DNA of 64,000 bases from Octopus vulgaris. Taxonomy: Eukaryota. The notes beneath the pieces are model-generated. The model had not been told where the DNA came from. It saw nothing but the letters and a program-made list of their open reading frames with translations, and did no database searches. Positions 1 to 12,164 of the stretch are shown here, in pieces. Made by a program: the position numbers and the translations under genes. Location of the stretch: contig OX597836.1 in the NCBI GenBank assembly GCA_951406725.2, forward strand, positions 47,492,001 through 47,556,000, given 5' to 3'. The first letter of the stretch is position 1. Each line of letters starts with the position of its first letter.

Positions 1-63
1 ATACTACCAAGTATATGAAAGTTTTATATGTCAATACTGTGTCCCACCGTGTTAGCAGTGTTA

Positions 64-285
64 TTACTCTTTTACTCTTTTACTTGTTTCAGTCATTTGA
101 CTGTGGCCATGCTGGAGCACCGCCTTTAATCGAGCAACTCGACCCTGGGACTTATTATTTGTAAGCCGAGTACTTATTCTATCAGTCTCTTTTGCCAAAC
201 CGCTAAGTAACGGGGACATAAGCACACCAGCATCGGTTGTCGAGCGATGCTAGGGGGACAAATACAGACACACAAACACACACAC

Positions 286-327
<42 letters not shown>

Positions 328-519
328 GTATATGTATATATATATACATATATACGACGGGCTTCTTTCAGTTTCCGTCTACCAAATCCACTCACAAGGC
401 TTTGGTCGGCCTGAGGCTATAGCAGAAGACACTTGCCCAAGATGTCACGCAGTGGGACTGAACCCGGAACCATGTGGTTGGTTAGCAAGCTACTTACCAC
501 ACAGCCACTCCTGCCCCTA
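64..519 (-). mobile_element. tRNA-derived SINE, family A
   Basis: Pol III A box TGGCTGTGTGG, B box GGTTCAGTCCC, internal (TA/TG)n and GAGTAAAA tail repeats. More than 14 copies in the window. Confidence 0.9.
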
Positions 520-602
520 TTATTTAACTTTATGAAGTTATATCATCAGATTTCAGAAATGAATACATCTATGTAAACAATACAATCGACGATAGGAAAA
601 CA

Positions 603-650
603 GGTGTAGATGCATATTTCAGGAGTTATTTGCTCCTTCTTCAGCACCAC
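603..650 (-). ncRNA. Minimal type I hammerhead ribozyme motif, PLE-associated
   Basis: Minus strand reads GUGGUG-CUGAAGA-AGGAG(caaauaa)CUCCU-GAAAU-AUGC-AUC^UACAC. Stem II is 5 bp and AUGCAU is palindromic. Stem I is imperfect. Confidence 0.6.
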
Positions 651-655
651 ATTAA

Positions 656-1305
656 CCCTTTAGTGTTTGCATTATTCTGCCAAAATTAATGCTTTTTTTA
701 TCCACATAGCTTTGAACTATAGGCACAGGAGTGGCTGTGTGGTAAGTAGCTTGCTAACCAACCAACCACATGGTTCCGGGTTCAGTCCCACTGCGTGGCA
801 TCTTGGGCTAGTGTCTTCTGCTATAGCCTCAGGCCGACCAATGCCTTGTGAGTGGATTTGGTAGACGGAAACTGAAAGAAACCTGTCGTATATATGTATA
901 TATATATGTGTGTGTATGTGTTTGTGTGTGTCTGTGTTTGTCCCCCCAGCATTGCTTGACAACCGATGCTGGTGTGTTTACATCCCCATCACTTAGCGGT
1001 TCGGCAAAAGAGACTGATAGAATAAGCACTGGGCTTACAAAAGAATAAGTCCTGGGGTCGAGTTGCTCAATTAAAGGCGGGGCTCCAGCATGGTCGCAAT
1101 CAAATGACTGAAACAAGTAAAAGAGTAAAGAGTATAGTTTTGAATTAATCATGAATTATCTTGTGGCTATGAGATTTTGATGATGTAGCTGTTAATTTTT
1201 AAAACGATATTGTAGGGCTGGTGTAAGAGACCAGATCTGGCCAGTTTGAACATAAAACAGGCAGAATACTTTTGGCCGGATATGGCAGGTTTAAATGCTA
1301 AAGGG
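656..1305 (+). mobile_element. piggyBac-type MITE (TTAA TSD, CCCTTTAG TIR) with SINE insertion
   Basis: TTAA|CCCTTTAG ... CTAAAGGG|TTAA. Confidence 0.85.
722..1134 (+). mobile_element. SINE family A nested in a piggyBac-type MITE
   Basis: Full-length copy. Imperfect TSD atagctttgaacta / atagttttgaatta. Confidence 0.9.
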
Positions 1306-1309
1306 TTAA

Positions 1310-1500
1310 ACCCATTAACCATCCATGAATACATTGCCAAAAAAAGTTGCTAAATTTAGTGATGTAACACAACTGGATGCACCGATTTTACATATTGAAC
1401 ACATTTCTGGCAACAGGAACATACATGTTAATTGCTGATGGGGTCAACTGTACTTCGTTCTGCAACCGTAATATACCACTAAATACATTTAAGACTTTTT
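1310..1500 (-). mobile_element. Possible 3' end of a PLE GIY-YIG domain
   Basis: Degenerate PVARNVFN. With the MITE removed the end reads NGFN (compare PLE P.GLN), directly upstream of the 603-650 hammerhead. Confidence 0.4.
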
Positions 1501-1525
1501 AAGTCAATACTGTACCCTGTTGGAA

Positions 1526-1890
1526 GCACTCTGTTGGTTCCGACGACGAGGGTTCCGGTTGATCCGATCAACAGAACAGCCTGCTCGTGAAATTAACGTG
1601 TAAGTGGTTGAGCACTCCACAGACACGTGTATCCTTAACGTAGTTCTCGGGGATATTCAGCGTGACACAGAGAGTGACAAGGCCGGCCCTTTGAAATACA
1701 GGTACAACAGAAACAGGAAGTAAGAGTGAGAGAAAGTTGTGGTGAAAGAGTACAGCAGGGATCACCACCATCCCCTGCCAGAGCCTCATGGAGCTTTAGG
1801 TGTTTTCGCTCAATAAACACTCACAACGCCCAATCTGGGAATCGAAACCGCGAGTCCGCTGCCCTGACCACTGGGCCATTGCGCCTCCAC
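1526..1890 (-). mobile_element. tRNA-derived SINE, family B
   Basis: Head GGAGGCGCAATGGCCCAGTGG with B box GGTTTCGATTCC. Imperfect TSD actgtaccct / actgtgccct. Confidence 0.85.
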
Positions 1891-1924
1891 ACTGTGCCCT
1901 ACCATGTTACTTGATCATACATCA

Positions 1925-2140
1925 TGTTTACTGTGCCCAGACATCTGCCACACACAAACACCACCACCTCTGCTAATCTTCTTTTGATACAGTTGCACCT
2001 CTTATGTGTCCATAGCTTGCACTGGGTACATTGAATGGAATTTCTACCTACACCTTTTCTGCATATCAAGCAGTGCCACCTCCCTGAAGGGATGCGTAAT
2101 TTGTCTGTTATCCTACTTACAAGGATTTTGGTCTCTGCTA
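1925..2140 (-). mobile_element. RTE-clade LINE internal fragment (Cys-rich finger region)
   Basis: LAETKILVS...GRWHCLICRKGVGRNSIQCTQCKLWTHKRC...FVCGRC resembles the RT-embedded zinc finger of some RTE elements. Confidence 0.7.
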
Positions 2141-2231
2141 AATTATGTACAATGTATATGTGTGTGTCTGTGTGTATGTATATATATATATATATATACA
2201 CACACGGCGAGCTGGTAAGAAACGTTAGAAA

Positions 2232-2463
2232 GGCGGCGAGCTGGCAGAATGGTTAGCACACCAGGCGAAATGCGTAGCCGTATTTCGTCTGCCATTACAT
2301 ACTGAGTTCAAATTCCGCCGAGGTCGACTTTGCCTTTCATCCTTTTGGGGTCGATTAAATAAGTACCAGTTACCCACTGGGGTCGATGTAATCGACTTAA
2401 TCCGTTTGTCTGTTCTTGTTTGTCCCCTCTGTGTTTAGCCTCTTGTGGGTAGTAAAGAAATAA
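2232..2463 (+). mobile_element. SINE family C (MetaSINE-like central domain)
   Basis: Head GGCGGCGAGCTGGCAGAA, B box GAGTTCAAATTC and core GCCTTTCATCCTTTYGGGGTCGAT..ATAAGTACC. A 25-bp head duplicate precedes it. Confidence 0.8.
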
Positions 2464-2470
2464 TATATAT

Positions 2471-2510
<40 letters not shown>

Positions 2511-2528
2511 GTGAGTGTGTGTGTGTGT

Positions 2529-2765
2529 GTGGAGGCACGTGGATTAGTGGTTAGGGTGTCAGCATCATGATCATAAGATTGTGGTTTCAATTCCTGGACC
2601 AGGCGACGCTTTGTGTTCTTGAGCAAAACACTTCATTTCACATTGCTCCAGTCCAGTCAGCTAGCAAAAATGAGTAATGCTGTGATGGACTGGCGTCCCG
2701 TCCATAGAAACTGGGAAACTGGGCCCATGAGCCTGGCTAGGCTTTAAAAAGGACGCATTTATTTA
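2529..2765 (+). mobile_element. tRNA-SINE related to the family B variant
   Basis: tRNA-like head and a tail shared with the 38396 copy. Confidence 0.65.
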
Positions 2766-2770
2766 TTTAT

Positions 2771-2802
<32 letters not shown>

Positions 2803-2805
2803 CCT

Positions 2806-3355
2806 TGCAAGTACTTGGTGACCCTGTCAGTGCCAGTGCTGCTTAAAAAGCATCCAGTCCACACTGTAAAGTGATTGGCATTTGGAAGGGCATCCAGCTG
2901 TAAAAACCTTGCTAAAACTGACCTTGCTTGTGCTTGTGCCATGTAGAAAGCACTAAGCCCACTCTGCTGAGTGGTTGCTGTTAGGAAGAGCATCCAGCTG
3001 CAAAGATCCTGCCGAAACTGTCACGGAAGTCTGGTGCAGGCTTCTACTTAGCTGACTCTTGTGAAACCATCCCACCCATGCCAGCATGGAAGATGGATGT
3101 TAAACAATGATGATGATGATGATGGTGACATACCTCTTTTATCTGTTTCACTCATTAGATTGCAGCCATGCTGGAGCACTGCTTTGAAGAACCTTTAAGT
3201 TTAATGAATCAACTCCAGTACTTATTCTTTCTTAAGCCTGGTACTTATTCTACTGGTATCTTTTTGCTGAACTAAGATACATGAATATAAACAAACCAAC
3301 ACTGGTTGTCAAGTGGTGGGGGAGGGCAAACAGTCACAAAGACACACAAACATTT

Positions 3356-3393
<38 letters not shown>

Positions 3394-3500
3394 ATAAGCT
3401 TTTTTCAGTTTCCTTCTTCCAAATCCACTCCCATGGCTTTGCTTGGCTCAAGGCTGTGGAAGACATTTGGCCAAGGTACCACACAGTGGGACTGAACCCA

Positions 3501-3543
<43 letters not shown>

Positions 3544-3790
3544 TCATCATTTAACATCTGTTTTCCGTGCTGGTTTGACAGCAGCTAACTAGGCAGAAGA
3601 GTGCACCAGGCTTCTTGGCAGGGATCTTACGGTTGGATGCCCTTCGTGGCACCAACCACCTTACAAAGTGTTTGCAGTAGAAACCATGCTAAATCTGACT
3701 GGAACCTGGTACAGCTCTCCAGCTTACCAGTTCCAGTCAAACCGTCCAACCCATGGCAGCATGGAATGAGGACTTTAAATGATGATGATG
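2806..3790. mobile_element. RTE-type 3' end fragments with (GAT)n tails, plus a decayed SINE A
   Basis: ggaagggcatccagctgta ... ccaacccatgc.agcatggaa ... (gat)n. The same family is at 7025-7155, 7285-7455 and 44575-44840 (minus). Confidence 0.7.
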
Positions 3791-4722
3791 TGTGTATGTG
3801 TGTGTGTGTGTGTGTACAAATACATATATGTATACGTATATGCATAAACACACATATATAAACCTATATATGTGGTGGAAACCTATAATTCTCAGTATGT
3901 AAACATTAAAAACAGGAAAAAATTCAATAATTTGTCCCAAGACAAACCCCAACATTCACAAAATACTTCCAAATAATAATAGAAGAGACCAAAATAGACT
4001 GCCAAACCAAATAAAACATACCAGGAAGAATCCAACATAGCCAAAACAATGGAAGAACAAACGAAAATAGACCATTAAAGCAACAGAAACTTATTGAAAA
4101 CATACCAACATACCAAGGCAGGTGACATAATATCTGCAAATCCTCCTTCCAACAAAATAGAATAATGGAAAGACAGAATAAGAAGCCCTCTTTAGGAACT
4201 GGAACTCCAAGCAGAAATGAAAGAAAAACCTAATGATACAAAGGGTCAAAGAAATACTGATCCAAATGTAATAACCCTATCCCAATGAAACCTCATGGAA
4301 AATGAAATAAAACTTCTGGTTTATGGACTTAAATATACACTACTGCCAAAACCTGACAGAAAAGATTTCATAAAAGATACAGAGAAATTTTCCAGAAAAC
4401 TTCACCTATGGGAATTCTTCCAAAAGTAAACATGATGGCAATCCATCATTTGTGAAAAAGAAAATGGGATTTAAGCCTCCAATAAACTCTTGGAGGAATA
4501 CATAACGTGTCTGAAAAAATCAGCAAACTCAAAACATTCTAACAAACTCTATAAAAGCAAACAACGAAGAATGAAGACCAAAAAGCATTGGAATGTCTAC
4601 AGAAAGATTCCTCAAAAGTTATTAAAGATGCTGACACAGGAGGAGCTACTGTAATCATGGACAAAAACAACTAAATGTCTGACATTTCTACAAAAAATTA
4701 GAAACCAATGCAGATAAACAAA

Positions 4723-5089
4723 TCTCTATATATATAAACGGCAAAATGTCAGTGTGTGTGTGTCCTTTATACAAATCCACAATTTTTCAGTTAGAGGGCT
4801 CGCACTTTCTATGGTCATTCAAAACCGTCCAAGGGTGGTCGTGCACATCTTTACATTTCCCCAGTCACTCCGCAAAGTCATTAAAAAATCAATAGAAGTG
4901 ACTTTTTTTGTGAATTTTCTATCCAAAACCCAATCAAAATGCCCGAAACTTGATACACCAATTGAATGCCAGCTGGCTGTATGTGATTGGTTGGAGATTT
5001 GGGCAGTACTCGCATGTATGTGCACACGCACGCAGCTGTATATGCATGCACTAGCACTATGACCCGGCAACGCCGGGTCATAGTGCTTG
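4723..5089 (+). mobile_element. Non-autonomous Helitron-like element
   Basis: A|TC 5' end, 15-bp perfect 3' hairpin gcactatgacccggc-aac-gccgggtcatagtgc, CTTG|T end, no TSD. Absent from the second PLE copy. Confidence 0.8.
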
Positions 5090-5600
5090 TTATGAATAAA
5101 ACTGGTAAATTAATGGATAAATTCAAGAACAATAAACAAGAAACTGTTATGGGCTTCCAAAAATTCAGAAATCTAAAGAAGTCAATAACAGGTTAAAGGA
5201 CCCACATATACATGAGAACATTTCCAAACCATCTTATCTAAAATTATGTCCAATTGTTGCAGGGCCAACACCTAATACCCAACAATTAAAAAATTTACTG
5301 AGCATAATTTTGAAACCATTGTGCAAATTGATCTCTAGTTTTATCAAAGATGACATGAATTTCCTAAACCATGTTCCAGAAAGAATAGATAAAGGGACAA
5401 TCCTGATTAGTTTTGACATAACTAGTCTCAACACAAATATTCTTCCACAAATTAGGAATAGAAGTAAGAGAATTTTGGATGGACAAATAGCCACAGGGAA
5501 TTCAAGTAAGATTCCCAGAAGAATTTATACTTAAAGGATTACAACTGATACTAAAAAAAACCACTACTACTTCTTTGTTAACTAATATTATATAATAGGA

Positions 5601-5977
5601 GCACTCTGTCGGTTGCGACGATGAGGGTCCCAGCTGATACGATCAACGGAACAGCTTGCTCGTGATATTAACGTGCAAGTGGCTGAGAACTCCACAGACA
5701 CGTGTACCCTTAACGCAGTTCTCGAGGAGATTCAGCGTGACACAGAGTGTGACAAGGCCAGCCCTTTGAAATACAGGTACAAGAGAAACAGGAAGAAAGA
5801 GCGAGAGAAAGTTGTGGTGAAAGAGCACAACAGGGGTCGTCACCACCCCCTGCCGGAGCCTCGTGGAGCTTTAGGTGTTTTCGCTCAATAAACACTCACA
5901 GTGCCCAGTCTGGGAATCGAAACCGCGATCTTCCGACCGCGAGTCCGCTGCCCTAACCACTGGGCCATTGCGCCTCC
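5601..5977 (-). mobile_element. SINE family B inserted in a PLE remnant
   Basis: Perfect 13-bp TSD taactaatattat (5579-5591 and 5978-5990). Confidence 0.9.
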
Positions 5978-7497
5978 TAACTAATATTATCTACAAATAA
6001 AAAGTAAGACAGCAAGAATGAAAGTTGCACTGACAAAGCTTGGAAGGAATGAAAGCAGCATGCTCTGCCAGATGTGCCAATGTCCAACAGAGCACTAAAG
6101 ACTGGTGTCAACCATAAATGCTGACTGGGAATCAACAGAAATGAGCAGGAGTGAAATATTAGTGTTGTCCATTACACCAACACCTGCTTATGACACCCAC
6201 AACAACAACAACATCAAATTAAAAAAATTAATATTAACTTGCAGTTATACAATTTAAAAAACATAAAATATCAATACGAAAGTAAAAAGTGAGAAAATAC
6301 TAATAAGCTGAAAGTATTTTGAAACAATCAGTAATGCAATTACATGCAGAAAAATTTGTTCAGAGCATATAAAGGATGAAGCTGTCCTTTACATGCAGTT
6401 GTTATGTCAAAGTGTGAAAACACAAGTTCTGTGAAAATGTGAAATGTTAATGTGGAACATTCAACGAAAGGTTAATGGTTATTTTGACAATGAAATACCA
6501 GTAATGGTGTAGCTACTGCAAAAGGAAAGAAACATGTTACTTTTCAGTGGACAGATGGATAACTAATCAAGAAAAGAAAATGAGAAATATATAATCTATT
6601 TAAGGACATCAGATTTCTTACTGAAGTCTTACTTGATAAGAACATTTTTTTAAAAACTACAAAAAAAAAAAAATTATCCAAGTTTGGAATCAGGAAATGA
6701 AACATACAAAGCTTGTCCTACCACTCAGTAATCATCATTCAGTTGGATTGACCACACATGACTGAGCTAATTCTAAGTCAGCAGTGGTCAAGCAGAGTTA
6801 TAGTAAAAAAAAATGTACTCAAATGATAGCCATTATGCTTTTGTATGTCCATGATTTCATTGTTCAATGTGTCTTATTTTTAAGGGGAGAAGGATTTACT
6901 TGGAGAGATTTTTAAGGGGAGAAAGGATTTACTTGGAGAGATTTAGAGGCAGTTGTTAGCAGTTGTATGGCTATGTTATGCTTTCCTTAGTAAAATTTGA
7001 TTATTAGATTTTTTTTAAAGATACTCCAGCTGTAGAAACACTGCCAGATCAGACTGGAGCCTGGTGCAGCCCTGGCTTCCCAGACCCCGGTTGAACCGTC
7101 CAACCTGTGCTAGCGTGGAAAACGGACGTTAAACGATGATAATGATGATGATGATACTCTATAAAATTGTTTTATCTGTTTCAAACTTTTAGTTAATTTG
7201 TGGAATTCACAAAGACACACACGAATGATTTTATGTCCATCTCTCTCATTCTCTCTCAGATATATACATTATATGGCATCGCCTTCGCTGATGCCGCATA
7301 AAAAGCACTCAGTCCACTCTGTTGGGAAGGGTTTCCAGCCATAAAAACCATGCCAAGACAGACAGAGGGGTCCAGTGTAGACTTTTGCCTGGCCAGCTCA
7401 TGTCAAACTGTCCAACCCAGGCCAGCATGGAAAGCAGATATCAAACGATGATGAGGATATACATATACAAACACACACTTACACACATACATATATA

Positions 7498-7881
7498 TAC
7501 TCTTTTTACTCTTTTACTTGTTTCAGTAATTTGACTGTGGCCATGCTGGAGCACCGCCTTTAGTTGAGCAAATGGACCCCAGGACTTATTCTTCATAAAC
7601 CTAGTACTTATTCTATCGGTCTCTTTGACGAACCACTAAGTTACGGGGATGTAAACATCAAGTGATGTTGGATGGAACAAACACAGACACACAAACATAT
7701 ACTCACATATATATACATATATACGACAGGCTTCTTTCAGTTTCCGTCTACCAAATCCACTCACAAGGCTTTGGTCGGCCTGAGGCTATAGTAGAAGACA
7801 CTTGCCCAAGGTGCCAAGCAGTGGGATTGAACCCGGAACCATGTGGTTGGTAAGCAAGCTACTTACCACAGAGCCACGCCT
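7498..7881 (-). mobile_element. SINE family A
   Basis: Head and tail similarity to the other copies. Confidence 0.85.
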
Positions 7882-8397
7882 ACATATGTATATATATATA
7901 TATATATATATAAATATATACAAGTGAGTTGAGACAAATGAAAGAAAGTGGTGCTCAACACATTTGGTGGGTGTTGCATATATTATCTGCCAACAGTTGA
8001 GTGCAGCTAAATGCAGCCGCTTAAAGTTTCACAGGTTCATCCAACGAAGCTATCCTGACAGGCTTGTGGAGACCAAAGGAGAAAAGTCAAAGATGGCTTC
8101 TAGATGCTAGGTCGCTATTGGTCAATTCAGGTCACATGATGCTGTTAACCTTTAGCACACGAGAGGGGCATCATATCCCCAGCCCCCCCCCTCACGAGAT
8201 TTCTCCCCTCTCAATGCAACGCAATGCGCCTGCAGCTGCAGCTGACATAATGCAACCAAGTGAGCTAAAAGTTAATACGGTAGGGACATCAGTTCAAGCC
8301 TTTATTCCTAGGGCCAAATGAGGGGACTGGATATTATCGAGGAGCTGGGGGATTCTCTGTTTGGGAAGCAGGCTGAGATCTATTACATCAGTTAATT

Positions 8398-8495
8398 GGT
8401 GTGTGTGTATCTGGTGCACGTGCATATGCTGGGGGCATGTGTGTGGTGCACATTCATTTTACTATTGAGAGATACTGCTGATTGGTAGAGTAGGC

Positions 8496-8531
<36 letters not shown>

Positions 8532-8580
8532 ACATGTGCATATCCGTTGAGTGCGTCTGAGTGTGTATGTGTGTGTATCT

Positions 8581-8613
<33 letters not shown>

Positions 8614-8630
8614 CTGGTGTGTGTGTATCT

Positions 8631-8668
<38 letters not shown>

Positions 8669-8762
8669 TGTATCTGGTGTGTGTGTGTGTGTGTGTATCT
8701 GGTGTGTGTGTATCTGCTGTGTGTATGTGTATGTGTGTGTATCTGTATCTGGTGTGTGTGTA

Positions 8763-8794
<32 letters not shown>

Positions 8795-9000
8795 CACATG
8801 TGCATATCCGTTGAGTATATCTGAGTGTGTATGTGTGTGAATCTGGTGTGTGTGTGTGTGTGTGTGTGTGCACATGTGCATATCCGTTGAGTATGTCTGA
8901 GTGTGTGTGTGTGTATCTGGTGTGTGTGTGTGTGTGCACATGTGCATATCCGTTGAGTGTGTATGTGTGTGTATCTGGTGTGTGTGTGTGTGTGTGTGTA
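8398..9000. repeat. Compound (TG)n minisatellite with higher-order units
   Basis: Four copies of gtgcacatgtgcatatccgttgagt and many tatctgg interruptions. Confidence 0.9.
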
Positions 9001-9255
9001 AGTCCTACAGTGCTTGTGTATTGGGTTCAAAGCCACACAGTTGCAACAGCCTATTTTAGGGGGTAACCAGTTCTGGCATGTGTATGTGAGTGTATCAGGG
9101 ATGCGTATATGTGTGTATGGTGACGTGTGCATGTATATGGTGTATGTGTACCTGGTATGTACATGTATGTGTATCTGGTTTACGTGTGTATAACTGCTGT
9201 GTGTATGTGTACATCAGATACATATAGACATGCACCAGATACACACACTCATATA

Positions 9256-9544
9256 CAGTAATTCCTCGACTATCACGGGTGTTAAGTTCCAAAAACCCCT
9301 GCGATAGGTGAAGCTCTGCAAAGTAGAAACAATACTGTACTCTTTTACTCGTTTCAGTCATTTGACTGCGGCCATGCTGGAGCACCACCTTTAGTCGAGC
9401 AAATCGACCCCGGGACTTATTCTTTGTAAGCCCAGTACTTATTCTATCGGTCTCTTTTGCCGAACCGCTAAGTGACGGGGACGTAAACACACCAGCATCG
9501 GTTGTCAAACAATGCTAGGGGGACAAACACAGACACACACACAA

Positions 9545-9577
<33 letters not shown>

Positions 9578-9890
9578 CATATATACGACAGGCTTCTTTC
9601 AGTTTCCGTCTACCAAATCCACTCACAAGGCATTGGTCGGCCCGGGGCTATAGCAGAAGACACTTGCCCAAGATGCCACGCAGTGGGACTGAACCCGGAA
9701 CCATGTGGTTGGTTAGCAAGCTACTTACCACACAGCCACTCCTGCACCTGTACTGTATATTTTTATAATTATTTTTATAATTTGTATATATTTATTTTAT
9801 TATAGATGCAAAACAACACCACAGAGGAATCGACATGAGCTTAAATAATAAACTGCGATAGGTGAACCGCGATATGGTGAGGGATTACTG
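9256..9890. mobile_element. Tigger/pogo-type MITE with SINE A insertion
   Basis: TA|CAGTAATTCCTC ... GAGGGATTACTG|TA. Confidence 0.8.
9338..9749 (-). mobile_element. SINE family A nested in a pogo/Tigger-type MITE
   Basis: Near-consensus copy. Confidence 0.9.
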
Positions 9891-9937
9891 TATCATGTAC
9901 ACTAACACACACACACACACACACACACGTCGTCGTG

Positions 9938-10316
9938 GCACTCCGTCGATTACGACAACGAGGGTTCCAGTTGATCCGATCAACGGAACAGCCTGCTCGT
10001 GAAATTAACGTAACAGCGGCCGAGCAGTCCACAGACACGTGTACCCTTAACGTAGTTCTCAGGGAGATTCAGTGTGACACAGAGTGTGACAAGGCTGGCT
10101 CCTTTGAAATACAGGTACGACAGAAACAGGAAGAAAGTGGGAGAGAAAGCTGTGGTGAAAGAGTGCAGCAGGGTTCGCTACCAACCCCTGCCAGAGCCTC
10201 GTGGAGCTTTAGGAGTTTTCACTCAATAAACACTCACAACGCACGGTCTGGGAATTGAAACCACGACCCCACAACTGCGAGTCCGCTGCCCTAACCACTG
10301 GGCCACTGCGCCTCCA
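9938..10316 (-). mobile_element. SINE family B inserted in (CA)n
   Basis: Full-length similarity to the 1526 and 5601 copies. Confidence 0.85.
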
Positions 10317-10592
10317 CACACACACACACACACTGATCAGCAAACTGCTATCACTAATAGATCATACCCTACTTCCCAGACAGAGAGTCATGGGCTGTTC
10401 ACCAATATCCTGTCCTAGCATGTGGTCCTAGGAATAAAGATTTGATGCCGCTAATATATTAGACAACAGCATATGGCCTGCATTAACCAATAGTGGCCCA
10501 ACATGTACAAGCCATTCTGGACATGCCTTATTCAATCTCTACAACCCGAGGAATCTAAGTTACATAGAGCTGAGTCAAACTGTTACTAAATA

Positions 10593-10627
<35 letters not shown>

Positions 10628-10634
<7 letters not shown>

Positions 10635-11031
10635 GCGTGGCTGTGTGGTAAGAAGTTTACTTCCCAACCACAAGGTTCTGGATTCTGTCTCACTAGGTGA
10701 CACCTTGGGCAAGTTTCTTTACAATAACCTCTGGCCAACCAAAGCCTTGCGAGTGGATTTTTTTTTTAGATGGAAACTGTAAGAAGCCTATTGTATATAC
10801 ATTTGTGTGTGTGTGTGTGTGTGTGTGTCAATGTTCCCCCTGCCCTGCCAACCACAACCACTTGACAACTGCTGTTGATGTGTCTATGTCCCCATAACTT
10901 AGTGGTTCAACAAAAGCGACCAATAGAATAAGTACCAGGATTAAAAAAAAAAATAATACTGGGGTCAAATCATGTGGCTAAAATTCTTCAAGGCAATGCC
11001 CCAGCATGGCCACAGTCTGACTGAAACAAGT
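10628..11031 (+). mobile_element. SINE family A, diverged variant
   Basis: A/B boxes and 3' region recognisable. Confidence 0.75.
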
Positions 11032-11056
11032 GGAGCATCATATATATTTATTTTTC

Positions 11057-11254
<198 letters not shown>

Positions 11255-11658
11255 GGCGCAGGAGTGGCAGTGTGGTAAGTAGCTTGCTTACCAACCACAT
11301 GGTTCTGGATTCAGTCCCACTGCGTGGCACCTTGGGCAAGTGTCTTCTACTATAGCCTCGGGCCGACCAAAGCCTTGTGAGTGGATTTGGTAGACGGAAA
11401 CTGAAAGAAGCCCGTTGTATATATGTATATATATACGCGTGTGTGTGCTTGTGTGTCTGTATTTGTCCCCCTAGCATCGCTTGACAACCGATGCTGGTGT
11501 GTTTATGTCCCCGTTACTTGGCGGTTCGGCAAAAGAGACCGATAGAATAAGTACTGGGCTTACAAAGAATAAGTCCCGGGGTCGATTTGCTCGACTAAAG
11601 GCGGTGCTCCAGCATGGCCGCAGTCAAATGACTGAAACAAGTAAAAGAGTAAAAGAGT
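11255..11658 (+). mobile_element. SINE family A
   Basis: Near-consensus copy directly after a long (TA)n. Confidence 0.9.
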
Positions 11659-11799
11659 ATATATTTATACATTTACACATTTTATGTTGATAGGGTAAAA
11701 TCCAAGCTGTAACCTCTTCAAGCATGTATTTGCTGTCACTGTTGTACTGATGTGAGATACATATTAGGTTTGAAAATTCTGGAAATTATGTAATAAAAC

Positions 11800-12116
11800 A
11801 AGAAGTTGGAAATTTTGGGGGGGGTTTTTTTGTTGATATTACCTATTCACCATTCTACATGTTTTGTTTGCTAAAAGAGAATCACAAATTTGTACATGTT
11901 GGAAAAATATGTAAGAAATTTCCTATTAGAAATACCTCAAAATACTTATAATATGGAACTATAATACTATAGTATTACTTAATTCTCCGTCTAAAGAATT
12001 TCTAATAGGAAATTTCTGGCATGTTTTTTCAATGTGCACAACTTGGTGATTGCTATTAGCAAATGAAACATAAGGAATGGTAAATAAATAAAACCAAAAA
12101 AATTTGTCCAACTTCC
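11800..12116. repeat. Diverged inverted repeat / old MITE
   Basis: agaaatttcctattagaaat (11914-11933) versus atttctaataggaaatttct (11998-12017), with weaker pairing outward. Confidence 0.7.
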
Positions 12117-12164
12117 TGCTTTGTTTTTTATATATCTATCTATCTCTGTCCGTCCGTCCGTCCG

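Larger units (their letters stand above)
3880..6035 (+). mobile_element. Penelope-like retroelement RT remnant
   Basis: VITLSQ.NLMENEIKLLVYGLKYT, IKDADTGGATVIMD, CPIVAGP...LKPLCK..SFIKDD..FL, LISFDITSLNTNI with frameshifts. Interrupted by a Helitron and a SINE B. Confidence 0.85.

Noticed and set aside
722-800. tRNA-like A and B boxes
   Set aside because: SINE heads with no complete cloverleaf, so not tRNA genes.
667-1152. Recurrent ORFs such as [18 protein letters not shown] and MTTDAGVFTSP
   Set aside because: They recur at every SINE A copy and are non-coding repeat translations.
8392-9132. 246-aa His/Thr-rich ORF and overlapping Cys/Val ORFs
   Set aside because: Translation of the (TG/CA)n minisatellite.
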